A stretch of 64,000 nucleotides of DNA from Polyangiaceae bacterium (GTDB lineage: Bacteria > Myxococcota_A > Polyangia > Polyangiales > Polyangiaceae), in assembly GCA_029941785.1 (NCBI GenBank), contig JAPYTK010000004.1:1450-65449 (forward strand), in the 5' to 3' direction. The first letter of the stretch is position 1, and each line of letters begins with the position of its first letter. The notes beneath the pieces are model-generated. The model was not told the DNA's origin, did no database searches, and saw only the letters and a program-made list of their open reading frames with translations. Positions 53,413-61,273 of this stretch are shown one piece after another. Made by a program: the position numbers and the translations under genes.

Positions 53413-53889
53413 TTACTTGCCGCCGCCAGCTCCGCCAGCTCCGCCAGCTCCGCCAGCGCCGTCGCCGGCACAGGAGTCCTTGAAGTCTGAGCTGAGGCCA
53501 CCAATTGTCGCGACCGTCGCAGGGCAATCGTTGGGATTAACCAGCCCGGCAGCGCCGTCACACAAGGGATTCGACGTACAGCCCTCCTTGAACACTTCCT
53601 CAGCGTCAGCCGGCAATCCGGGGCACAAGTCGCCCTCTTGCGTGCAGGTCCACAGCTCGTTGCAACCGTCGATACACGCCTGGCTCGGACCCATGCCGCC
53701 CATGCCGCTCGCGGTCGTCGAGGAAGCGGTCGTTCCGCCGCTGCCGCCGGTTGCTCCGGTGGTGCTCGAGGCCGTCGTACTCGCGGTCCCCGTCGCCGTC
53801 GTGCTCGTCTCGTCGTCGCCGCAAGCTACGACGCCCACGAGGAGCGCAACCGATGAAAGGGCAAGCCACTTATTCATTCGCATATTCAT
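53413..53889 (-). CDS. Secreted lipoprotein with Thr/Ser/Gly-rich linker, Cys-rich domain and GAGG-repeat tail
   Basis: Lipobox LLVGVVAC, linker TSTTATGTASTTASSTTGATGGSGGTTASSTTASG, 10 Cys, and tail GAGGAGGAGGAGGGK. Confidence 0.55.
   Translation of the reverse strand: MNMRMNKWLALSSVALLVGVVACGDDETSTTATGTASTTASSTTGATGGSGGTTASSTTASGMGGMGPSQACIDGCNELWTCTQEGDLCPGLPADAEEVFKEGCTSNPLCDGAAGLVNPNDCPATVATIGGLSSDFKDSCAGDGAGGAGGAGGAGGGK
53425..53460 (-). repeat. 9-bp tandem repeat x4 (coding for (GAG)n)
   Basis: GCCAGCTCC occurs three times exactly, followed by GCCAGCGCC. Confidence 0.9.
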
Positions 53890-54000
53890 TATCCAAGTTC
53901 TCCAAAGTTCGAATCTGTACTCGTGTCGCCTGTAACGTTCGTTTGGCGGCAAGTTGTGCATGCTATAGCGGGTTACGACGAGTCTGTCGAATAGCCGAAT

Positions 54001-54279
54001 CTACTTGGGATCGTTGGTGCGACGCCCCATGTTGTGACGCCTACGCTCAGGTCGCGGCGGGAACTGTCGGCGGTCACGCATGCGCCGGTCCGGGCGGCTG
54101 CGCCGGTCGACTTCGGGAAGCGCAAAAAATGACGCTAGATCGTTGAAACTATCAAACTTTTCGTCGCCGATAGCCTGTCGATGCTGGCGACATATGTAGA
54201 GCGTCTTCCCAGCGACGACGATCCCGCTCAGCGCATCGTGTGAGGTGCACACCGCGCAGCCTGGCCTTGGCTTCGACAT
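54001..54279 (-). CDS. Small hypothetical protein with CxxC...C..H pattern and Arg-rich tail
   Basis: 92-aa ORF 70 nt downstream of gshB on the same strand, with CAVCTSH ... YICRQH. Coding status is not certain. Confidence 0.3.
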   Translation of the reverse strand: MSKPRPGCAVCTSHDALSGIVVAGKTLYICRQHRQAIGDEKFDSFNDLASFFALPEVDRRSRPDRRMRDRRQFPPRPERRRHNMGRRTNDPK

Positions 54280-54349
54280 GCAGTGAATGTGCCGCCTGCG
54301 AGGCCCTTTGGCCCAGTTTTCGATGGGTGAGCCCGCGATCTGCGCGAAA

Positions 54350-55288
54350 TCAGCTGGCTACCTTAGCCTCGACCCACTCGATCACGCGGTCGCTCTCCCG
54401 CTTCCCCGTGAATTCGCTAAGCTCGCGGATCCCCGTCGGACTCGTGACGTTTACCTCGGTGAGACGCTCTCCGATGAAGTCGAGACCCACGAAGTACAAG
54501 CCATCCTGACGAAGCCGTGGCGCCATGTCAGCCACGATGGCGCGCTCCTTTTGGGTGAGCTCCGTCGGCTCGCAACGACCGCCCACGTGGATGTTCGCTC
54601 GGAGATCACCTGCCTGCGGCACCCTCAGGATGGCGCCGAGCGGCGCGCCATCGAGGAGCAGAACGCGCTTGTCCCCCTCGGTCACCTCGGGGAGATAGGC
54701 CTGCACGATGGCCAAACACTTCCCTTCGTCGGTGAGCATGTCGACGATGGCGCGCGCGTTGGCCTCACCGCTCACGACCTTCATCACGCCATGCCCTCCG
54801 GCGCCGTCGATGGGCTTGATCACGGCGCGCCCCCCCACCTCCTCGACGAAAGCATGGATGCGAGAGCGGTCGTTCGTCACGACCATCTTCGGGCAGTGGC
54901 GCTCGAAGTGGAGCGCATAGAGCTTCTCGTTCGCCTCGCGCAAGCCTCGCGGATCGTTGACGACCAGCGTCTGACCACGAAGCTTCTCGAGAAGGAGCGT
55001 CGCGTGATGGTAAGGCGCATCGAAAGGCGGATCGGTGCGAATGAAGACAGCGTCGACCTTCGACAGCGCGACCGTTTCACGGGGACCGATGTATGCGATC
55101 GCATCGGCGCCGATATCCAAACGGCGCAGTTGGGCGACCGCGCCCAGCTCCGCGTCGTAACCGATCTCATGAATGAGAGCGTGCTCACAGACATGACCCC
55201 GCGCCGCCGCCGACTCGAGAAAGCCGACCGTGGTATCCTTCTTCCGATCGACGCGTTCGATCGGATCCATCACAAACACCAAGCGCAT
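54350..55288 (-). CDS. gshB: Glutathione synthetase (ATP-grasp)
   Basis: MRLVFVMDPIERVD..KDTT, IRTDPPFD, NDPRGLREANEKLY, VIKPIDGAGG. The length from the ATG at 55288 (312 aa) fits GshB. An alternative ATG lies at 55306. Confidence 0.85.
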   Translation of the reverse strand: MRLVFVMDPIERVDRKKDTTVGFLESAAARGHVCEHALIHEIGYDAELGAVAQLRRLDIGADAIAYIGPRETVALSKVDAVFIRTDPPFDAPYHHATLLLEKLRGQTLVVNDPRGLREANEKLYALHFERHCPKMVVTNDRSRIHAFVEEVGGRAVIKPIDGAGGHGVMKVVSGEANARAIVDMLTDEGKCLAIVQAYLPEVTEGDKRVLLLDGAPLGAILRVPQAGDLRANIHVGGRCEPTELTQKERAIVADMAPRLRQDGLYFVGLDFIGERLTEVNVTSPTGIRELSEFTGKRESDRVIEWVEAKVAS

Positions 55289-55384
55289 ACCGTCCTGCTT
55301 ACTCATTCCTCTCGCTCGTCCGCAAGGCGCTTTGCTCCTCGCGATGCTCAAAAGCCGCAGTCCCCGTGGCGCAAGGGGCTCTTC

Positions 55385-57085
55385 TTGGTGGGGGTGGCTG
55401 CGCTCCTGGGCGCATGTGGCCCGCCTCCGCCAAGGCCTACCCCGCCGCAGCCGCCGGCCTCCCCGACCGCGAAGCCCACGGCGACCACCGTGAGACCGAG
55501 TCCGCCGGCGCCACCCGAACCTGTGCCCATGCCGCGGCAAGGCGTGGTGGCCGAGCATCCAGAAGTGGCACGCGTCGCTTTGGAAATCCTGAAGAGCGGC
55601 GGAACCGCAGCAGATGCCGCCGTCGCAGCCATGTTTCTCGCGGGCGTCGTGCAATCGGTCTCGAGTGGCCTCGGGGGCGGCGGCTTTGCCATCCATTACG
55701 ACGCCAAACACAAGAAGACGACGGTCATCGATTTCCGTGAAACCGCTCCCGTAGGGCTTCTGCCAGGCACCATCGATCGCTTGACCGCCAAACGACGGGG
55801 CACGCTGGTCGGCGCCCCGGGCGAACTCGCCGGCCTGGCAGAGCTGCACCGCCGCTGGGGAAGCAAGCCATTCAACTCCTTGATCGAACCCGCCATTTCG
55901 GCCGCTCGAAACGGTTTTACGATCAGCCAACACACTCGTCGTACCGCCATAGCGAGTCTTCCGCTACTCGCTGGATCCGCTCACGCGGCGCGCTTCGTCG
56001 CCCCTTTGGCCACAGCATCGCGCGCACGCAACACCACCGTCGCCACGACGCTCGAGCAGATCCAGCGTGAAGGGATCGCTGCCATGTACGGCGGCTCGAT
56101 CGGGCAGAGCATCGTCACCGCGGCGAGGGCCGCGGGCAGCTCGCTCACCCTCGATGACTTGGCTCGCTACCAGGTCGTCACGCGCGAACCGCTCAAGCTA
56201 AGCTATGGCGGGCTGCGCATCATCACCTTGCCGGCTCCCTCGGCTGGTGGATTGCTGCTCGCGCAAACCCTGCTGATGCACTCGCCCGACAGTCTCCGCC
56301 AGATCGGTTACGGCTCCGGCTCTTATTACCATCTCCTCGCCGAGACCTTCCGCGCCTCCATCGTCGACCGTGTCCGGCACATCGGGGATCCGGCCTACAG
56401 CAAGACGCCGCTCGAAGTGCTCTTGTCACCGGCTCGGCTGAGTAAACGACGCGCCGCGATCGCGCTCGATCGTACGCGCGCAGAGCCATGGTTCGAGGAA
56501 GGCGATGCAGGCACGAGCCACTTTTCCGCCATCGATCGCAACGGAAACGCCATCGCGATCACCAGCTCTGTCGGTCACATGTTCGGAGCCAAGCTGTTCA
56601 CCTCGACGGGCTTCCCGTTGAACGACGCGCTGACCGGCTTCTCTACAGCCCAGCTCCTGCGGCGCTACCACCCTCGACGAAAAGGACCCAATCGGCCCGT
56701 CGGCGGCGCCCGTCCGGTGTCGAGTATGACTCCGACGCTCGTTCTCGACGCGCGTGGTGTGCGGATGCTGCTGGGCGGCACGGGCGGCGGTCGAGCCGCA
56801 ACAGGCGTCACCCAAGTGTTCCTCGCGCAAGAGGTGTTTGGGCTCACGCCAGAACAAGCCATTCGGGACGCCCGAATCCACACTCCAGCCGGCGGAGGCT
56901 TGCGCATCGATCCTGACGCACCGCAGGGCCTTCGCGACAATTTGCGGGAACGAGGGGAACTGCTCCTCGACACCCTGCCCAACTACGGCTCGGTGAGCGT
57001 CATCCGTATCGCAGAGCAAAATGGTGCGCTCACCATCGACATGGCGACCGATCCGCGAAAAGGCGGTGCCGCGCTGGCCCATTAA
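55385..57085 (+). CDS. ggt: Gamma-glutamyltranspeptidase
   Basis: GGTAADAAVA, GLGGGGF and the autoprocessing/nucleophile region DAGTSHFSAIDRNGNAIAITSSV. There is no in-frame ATG; the start is assigned provisionally to the TTG at 55385 (see finding). Confidence 0.8.
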   Translation: MVGVAALLGACGPPPPRPTPPQPPASPTAKPTATTVRPSPPAPPEPVPMPRQGVVAEHPEVARVALEILKSGGTAADAAVAAMFLAGVVQSVSSGLGGGGFAIHYDAKHKKTTVIDFRETAPVGLLPGTIDRLTAKRRGTLVGAPGELAGLAELHRRWGSKPFNSLIEPAISAARNGFTISQHTRRTAIASLPLLAGSAHAARFVAPLATASRARNTTVATTLEQIQREGIAAMYGGSIGQSIVTAARAAGSSLTLDDLARYQVVTREPLKLSYGGLRIITLPAPSAGGLLLAQTLLMHSPDSLRQIGYGSGSYYHLLAETFRASIVDRVRHIGDPAYSKTPLEVLLSPARLSKRRAAIALDRTRAEPWFEEGDAGTSHFSAIDRNGNAIAITSSVGHMFGAKLFTSTGFPLNDALTGFSTAQLLRRYHPRRKGPNRPVGGARPVSSMTPTLVLDARGVRMLLGGTGGGRAATGVTQVFLAQEVFGLTPEQAIRDARIHTPAGGGLRIDPDAPQGLRDNLRERGELLLDTLPNYGSVSVIRIAEQNGALTIDMATDPRKGGAALAH

Positions 57086-57109
57086 GGGCTAGCCTCCCGA
57101 CGAACGGCC

Positions 57110-57877
57110 ATGGCGAAGAGAAGCAGCACGCGAAAACGAGCGCAGAAAGCCGGGCGACATGCGCGCCGGCAAGCCAGCCGCTTAGCCGCAAAGATCAAGC
57201 GGGGCACAAAACAAGCTGCCCGCGTCGCCTTGCGCAAGGAACGCGCAGAGCAACGCAAGACCCTATGGGATGATGCCAGAAACCTTCCGAATCTATTAAC
57301 GTTTTTTAGAATACTGATGATTCCGGTGGTGCTGATCTTGCTCGAACAAGGCAGCCCCGTCTGGTGTTTCTGGGCCGCCGTCGTCTATGCTTTGGCGGCG
57401 CTCACAGACATGATCGACGGGTGGCTCGCGCGCCGACAGGGCCTGGTCAGCGTGCTCGGGCAGTTCCTCGATCCGCTCGCCGACAAACTGCTCGTCGCGG
57501 CGGTGCTGGTTTGGCTCGTGGGCATGGGTCGAATGCCAGCCTGGGCGGTCGTTCTCCTGCTCTCCCGGGAGATCACCATTACGGCCCTTCGTGGCATCGC
57601 CTCTTCGGAAGGACTGGTGATCGCAGCCGGCGCTGGCGGCAAATTCAAGACGGCACTGCAATTTGTCGGCCTGATCTGCCTCATCCTCGGCTACCCCTAC
57701 GAGTATTCGCTCGGCGTGTACGACTTCGGCCTCATCGACTTCGTGCACGTCGGCCGCGTCTTGATCTACCTCTCGATCGTATTCTCCTTCACGAGCGCCG
57801 CGAGCTATTTGCAGCTGTTCGCAAACGCCATCGACGCCAAACGTCCGGACAGCGCCCTCCCCACCAACAGCGACTAA
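57110..57877 (+). CDS. pgsA: CDP-diacylglycerol--glycerol-3-phosphate 3-phosphatidyltransferase (CDP-alcohol phosphatidyltransferase family) with basic N-terminal extension
   Basis: NLLTFFRI and the signature DMIDGWLARRQGLVSVLGQFLDPLADK (D-G-x2-AR-x8-G-x3-D-x3-D). Confidence 0.8.
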   Translation: MAKRSSTRKRAQKAGRHARRQASRLAAKIKRGTKQAARVALRKERAEQRKTLWDDARNLPNLLTFFRILMIPVVLILLEQGSPVWCFWAAVVYALAALTDMIDGWLARRQGLVSVLGQFLDPLADKLLVAAVLVWLVGMGRMPAWAVVLLLSREITITALRGIASSEGLVIAAGAGGKFKTALQFVGLICLILGYPYEYSLGVYDFGLIDFVHVGRVLIYLSIVFSFTSAASYLQLFANAIDAKRPDSALPTNSD

Positions 57878-57919
57878 TCGTTTCGCTCGTCGCCGTTTCG
57901 GGCTAGATGCTGCGTCATC

Positions 57920-58282
57920 ATGGATGCACGCCTGATCTGCTTTGGCCTTTTCCTCGCAACCTCTGCCATCACCACGCTCGGCGGGTGTGGCAAACAGACG
58001 GAGGGCGAACGATGTGAACTCGCCGCCGGTCTGGAAGGAGAAGATTCGGACTGTGACGAAGGCCTCATCTGCGTGCAGAAGAACTTCACCATCTGCTGTC
58101 CGAAAGAAGGCGCCACGCACCCCGCGTGTACCGGCGACTCCGGCAGCACCAGCACGACCAGCAGCAGCGCGACCACGAGTGGCTCGGGCGGCAGTGGCTC
58201 GGGCGGCAGTGGTTCGGGCGGCAGTGGTTCGGGCGGCAGTGGTTCGGGCGGCAGTGGTTCGGGCGGCAGTGGCGGTAACTAG
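57920..58282 (+). CDS. Small lipoprotein with Cys-rich module and (GSG)n tail
   Basis: Lipobox TTLGGC, 8 Cys within 60 aa, then STSTTSSSATTSGSGGSGSGGSGSGG... Confidence 0.55.
   Translation: MDARLICFGLFLATSAITTLGGCGKQTEGERCELAAGLEGEDSDCDEGLICVQKNFTICCPKEGATHPACTGDSGSTSTTSSSATTSGSGGSGSGGSGSGGSGSGGSGSGGSGSGGSGGN
58178..58267 (+). repeat. 15-bp tandem repeat x6 (coding GSGGS units)
   Basis: AGTGGCTCGGGCGGC occurs twice, followed by AGTGGTTCGGGCGGC four times, all otherwise exact. Confidence 0.95.
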
Positions 58283-58303
58283 GCGCCACCGAGGAACCTG
58301 ACC

Positions 58304-59806
58304 ATGCCTATCTGGCTTACCAAGCTCGCACCCATTCTCATCCTCCTGACGGTGGTGGCCATCGTCTTTCTCCGCCTTCCCAAGATCGAAGGCCTGGGCC
58401 ACAGCAAGGCCTTCCTGCGCCGCCGCGTCCACAACTGGCTCCCGATGGGCCTGACCTACGCCTTCCTCTACATGGGGCGTTACAACATCAAGGTCAGCCA
58501 ACACGCCTTTGGCGATCTACAGTTTGCCGGCGCGCCCATGATGACGAACCAGGGGTTTGCCACCATCTTCTTCTTCGGCACCCTCACCTACGGTTGCTCC
58601 TTTCTCATCAACGGTCCGCTCACCGACCGCATCGGTGGACGCAAGGCGATCCTCATCGGAGGCTCCGGCTCGGCTGTCGCCAACGGGGTCATGGCTTTCT
58701 GTAGCTGGTCCGCACTCCACGATGGCGCGGGTGCAGCACTCATTCGCTCCAACCTTATCGCCATCCTGGCCGCAACCTACGCCGTCAACATGTACTTTCA
58801 GAGCTTTGGCGCTGTCGCCATCGTGAAGGTCAACGCGCCATGGTTTCACGTTCGCGAGCGGGGCGTGTTCGGCGCGATTTTCGGAGTGCTGATAAGCCTC
58901 GGCATCTACTTTGCGTTCGACTGGAACTATTTGATCCTCAACACCTTCACCGAAGCCCTCCCGATCGACGCGATCACCCTCAAGGACGGCGGAAGTACGA
59001 TCTCGCAAATCCATCTCGTGTTTAGCGTTCCCTGCGCGCTGTTGGTGCTGTTCACTACGATCGTTTTCTTTCGGGTCAAGAACACGCCGGGCGAAGCGGG
59101 GTTTGCAGACTTCGATACCGCCGATGCTTCGAGCGGCGACGATGGCCCACAGCTCGGCGCCATCGCCGTCTTCAAGATGATGGCAAAGAATCCCGTCATC
59201 GTGACCATCGCCTGCATCGAATTCTGCAGTGGCTTCTTGCGTCAGGCGATCATGCAGTGGTTTCGTTCCTTCGCCAAGCAGACCGACGCTGCCCTGCACC
59301 TCCAATCGAGCTTCGTCTATGACAACTGGGGCATGCTCTTATGCTGCGCCGGGATCATGGGCGGCGTCCTTGCAGGCACGATTTCCGACCACCTCTTCCA
59401 GTCACGCCGCGGTCCGGTGGCCGCCATTCTCTACGCGGGGATGGTGATCGGAAGCGTGGTTCTCAGCTTCGTGTATGCCGGTCCGGCGGTAGGGTGGCTG
59501 GTGCTCTTCATGAGCCTCTGCGTCATCGGTGTGCACGGCATGCTCTCGGGAACCGCGAGCATGGATTTTGGTGGAAAGAAGAACGTCGGCGTGGCGGTCG
59601 GCATCATCGACGGCTTCGTCTACGCCGGCACGGCGGTCATGGCGATCACCTACGGCTGGCTTTTGCCCGATGACTCCGACAAGGTCGCCGCCGCCGATCC
59701 CGCGAACTGGCAGTGGTGGCCAATGGCGATGATCCCCATGGCCGTCATCGGCTTGCTGCTGGCGATACGCGTGTGGAACGCGAAGCCCAAGCCCAAAGCG
59801 GCCTGA
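58304..59806 (+). CDS. MFS transporter, GlpT/UhpC-like (organophosphate:phosphate antiporter-like), tentative subfamily
   Basis: 12-TM pattern with YMGRYNIKV, GPLTDRIGGRK, WFHVRERG and GTISDHLFQSRRG blocks that parallel E. coli GlpT as recalled. Confidence 0.7.
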   Translation: MPIWLTKLAPILILLTVVAIVFLRLPKIEGLGHSKAFLRRRVHNWLPMGLTYAFLYMGRYNIKVSQHAFGDLQFAGAPMMTNQGFATIFFFGTLTYGCSFLINGPLTDRIGGRKAILIGGSGSAVANGVMAFCSWSALHDGAGAALIRSNLIAILAATYAVNMYFQSFGAVAIVKVNAPWFHVRERGVFGAIFGVLISLGIYFAFDWNYLILNTFTEALPIDAITLKDGGSTISQIHLVFSVPCALLVLFTTIVFFRVKNTPGEAGFADFDTADASSGDDGPQLGAIAVFKMMAKNPVIVTIACIEFCSGFLRQAIMQWFRSFAKQTDAALHLQSSFVYDNWGMLLCCAGIMGGVLAGTISDHLFQSRRGPVAAILYAGMVIGSVVLSFVYAGPAVGWLVLFMSLCVIGVHGMLSGTASMDFGGKKNVGVAVGIIDGFVYAGTAVMAITYGWLLPDDSDKVAAADPANWQWWPMAMIPMAVIGLLLAIRVWNAKPKPKAA

Positions 59807-59885
59807 GCGTCGGTCCGCCGACAGAGACCGTCCTGGCGCCTCAGCGATCGAGGGCTGACGCGGCTGACGTTCGACGCCGCCGTGC

Positions 59886-59902
59886 TCCGAACGGCGTTCG
59901 GA
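59886..59902 (+). terminator. Stem-loop downstream of the MFS gene
   Basis: TCCGAAC-GGC-GTTCGGA: 7-bp perfect stem with a 3-nt loop. Confidence 0.35.
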
Positions 59903-59938
59903 AGTGGCCCCGCGAACAATTTGCTTGCCTCAGACCAA

Positions 59939-59951
59939 TTTGTCTGACAAA
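59939..59951 (+). promoter_or_regulatory. Candidate GntR-family operator
   Basis: The perfect palindrome TTTGTC-T-GACAAA lies 15 nt upstream of the GntR gene start. CAATTTG is also repeated at 59916 and 59936. Confidence 0.45.
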
Positions 59952-59966
59952 TACGCCTGACAAGTT

Positions 59967-60728
59967 ATGGTGGTGCCCAAAGGAGAAGTAAAACGAGTTG
60001 CCGACGCGCTGCTCGGACGGATCTTGAGCCGCGAATATCCCGCCGGCTTGCGCCTTCCGCCGGAGGCCGCGCTCGCCGAAGAACTCGCGTGTGGGCGCAG
60101 CACGGTTCGTGAAGCCTTGCGCCATGTCGCCGGCATGGGCTTGGTCCAAAGCCGGCAGGGTTCGGGAGCGACGGTTCTCGATTTCCGAAGAGAGGGAACG
60201 CCGGGCCTGATCCCCAAGTACCTGGAGCTCGGCCAATTCGACGTCGATCCGGGAACGATGGCGCGCGAAATGCTGAGATTGCGCACGCTCATGGCCACCG
60301 AGGCCGTGCGGCTCGCGGCGAATTACACGCAAGGATCCGATCTCCAACGCGCAAGAGATCTCATCGACGGCGCAGCGGCTCTCGAAGACGATCCGGCAGC
60401 CCACGCCCAGAACGAACTCGAGACGTACCGCGAACTGGTGATGGCGAGCGGCATGTGGCCCGCCGTCTGGATGGTCAACGCGCTGTTCACGCCCCTCGAA
60501 GAGATCAACAACCGGCTCGCTCCGCTGCTGCCCCCAGTACACAAGGGCTGGCAGCGCACGATGAGACGCATGCTCCGGGCCATCGAACAACAAGATGAAG
60601 CCGCGGCCATGCACGAGGTGAGCACCTGGTTCGCTCGAGTGGACAAAGCTCTCGTCGACCAGATCGAGATCGCGCTCGCCGCCACCTTCACTCCGCCAAA
60701 GCCAACGAGTTCACGGAGGTCGCAGTGA
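59967..60728 (+). CDS. GntR-family transcriptional regulator (FadR/FCD type)
   Basis: wHTH LPPEAALAEELACGRSTVREALRHVAGMGLVQSRQGSGATV followed by an all-helical C-terminal domain. Confidence 0.85.
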   Translation: MVVPKGEVKRVADALLGRILSREYPAGLRLPPEAALAEELACGRSTVREALRHVAGMGLVQSRQGSGATVLDFRREGTPGLIPKYLELGQFDVDPGTMAREMLRLRTLMATEAVRLAANYTQGSDLQRARDLIDGAAALEDDPAAHAQNELETYRELVMASGMWPAVWMVNALFTPLEEINNRLAPLLPPVHKGWQRTMRRMLRAIEQQDEAAAMHEVSTWFARVDKALVDQIEIALAATFTPPKPTSSRRSQ

Positions 60729-61273
60729 GTTTCTTCCTCGCAGCGGCGTCCACCAGCTGCGCGTGCACGGCGAGCCTGGTACTGCTCGTCGCCGGCGCCG
60801 TCACGCTGCTGCTGGTGGCTCGTTTGTTCGTCGGCTACCCGGCTGATCCATTGAGCGATTCCGCCCTGAATCGCCGCGAACGCGCCCTGGTGGCTACCGT
60901 GGCCGACACCTTCTTCGCGCCAGGCGGGCCGATTCCACTGTCGGGGTGTGAAGCGGGCGCGGTGGACTATTTCGCGACCTACATTCGTCGCTGTCCACGG
61001 CATCAACAGATCCTGATCCGCTTGCTGATCCTGTCGACCGAGCTGGGTCCCCTGCTCTTCGGCCCACGTCCTCGGCGGTTCACGCGACTGTCTCAAGCCC
61101 AGCGCACGGAGTTCTTCGAAGGCGCATTCACCAGTCGCCTCTACTTTCGCCGGCTGTCGTTCATCTCGTTTCGAGCGATCATGACGATGGCTTATCTTGC
61201 CAACCCCCAGGTCGCACGGTGCATGAACATGCGCGCAGACCGCGATCCCTTCGGTCTGGAGAACGCCTCATGA
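60725..61273 (+). CDS. Small membrane-anchored partner subunit of a GMC oxidoreductase (gluconate-2-dehydrogenase subunit-3-like), tentative
   Basis: GTGA overlap with the GntR gene and ATGA overlap with the GMC gene. N-terminal hydrophobic segment. Weak similarity pattern only. Confidence 0.4.
   Translation: MSFFLAAASTSCACTASLVLLVAGAVTLLLVARLFVGYPADPLSDSALNRRERALVATVADTFFAPGGPIPLSGCEAGAVDYFATYIRRCPRHQQILIRLLILSTELGPLLFGPRPRRFTRLSQAQRTEFFEGAFTSRLYFRRLSFISFRAIMTMAYLANPQVARCMNMRADRDPFGLENAS

Noticed and set aside
54287-55384. 5' part of the 932-aa plus-strand ORF
   Set aside because: It is antisense to gshB and has no recognisable motifs. Only the part from about 55385 onward shows GGT signatures.
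57296-58504. 402-aa minus-strand ORF with TAARTTAAR repeats
   Set aside because: It is antisense to pgsA, the small lipoprotein and the MFS gene. Its repeat is simply the reverse reading of the 15-bp GSG repeat.
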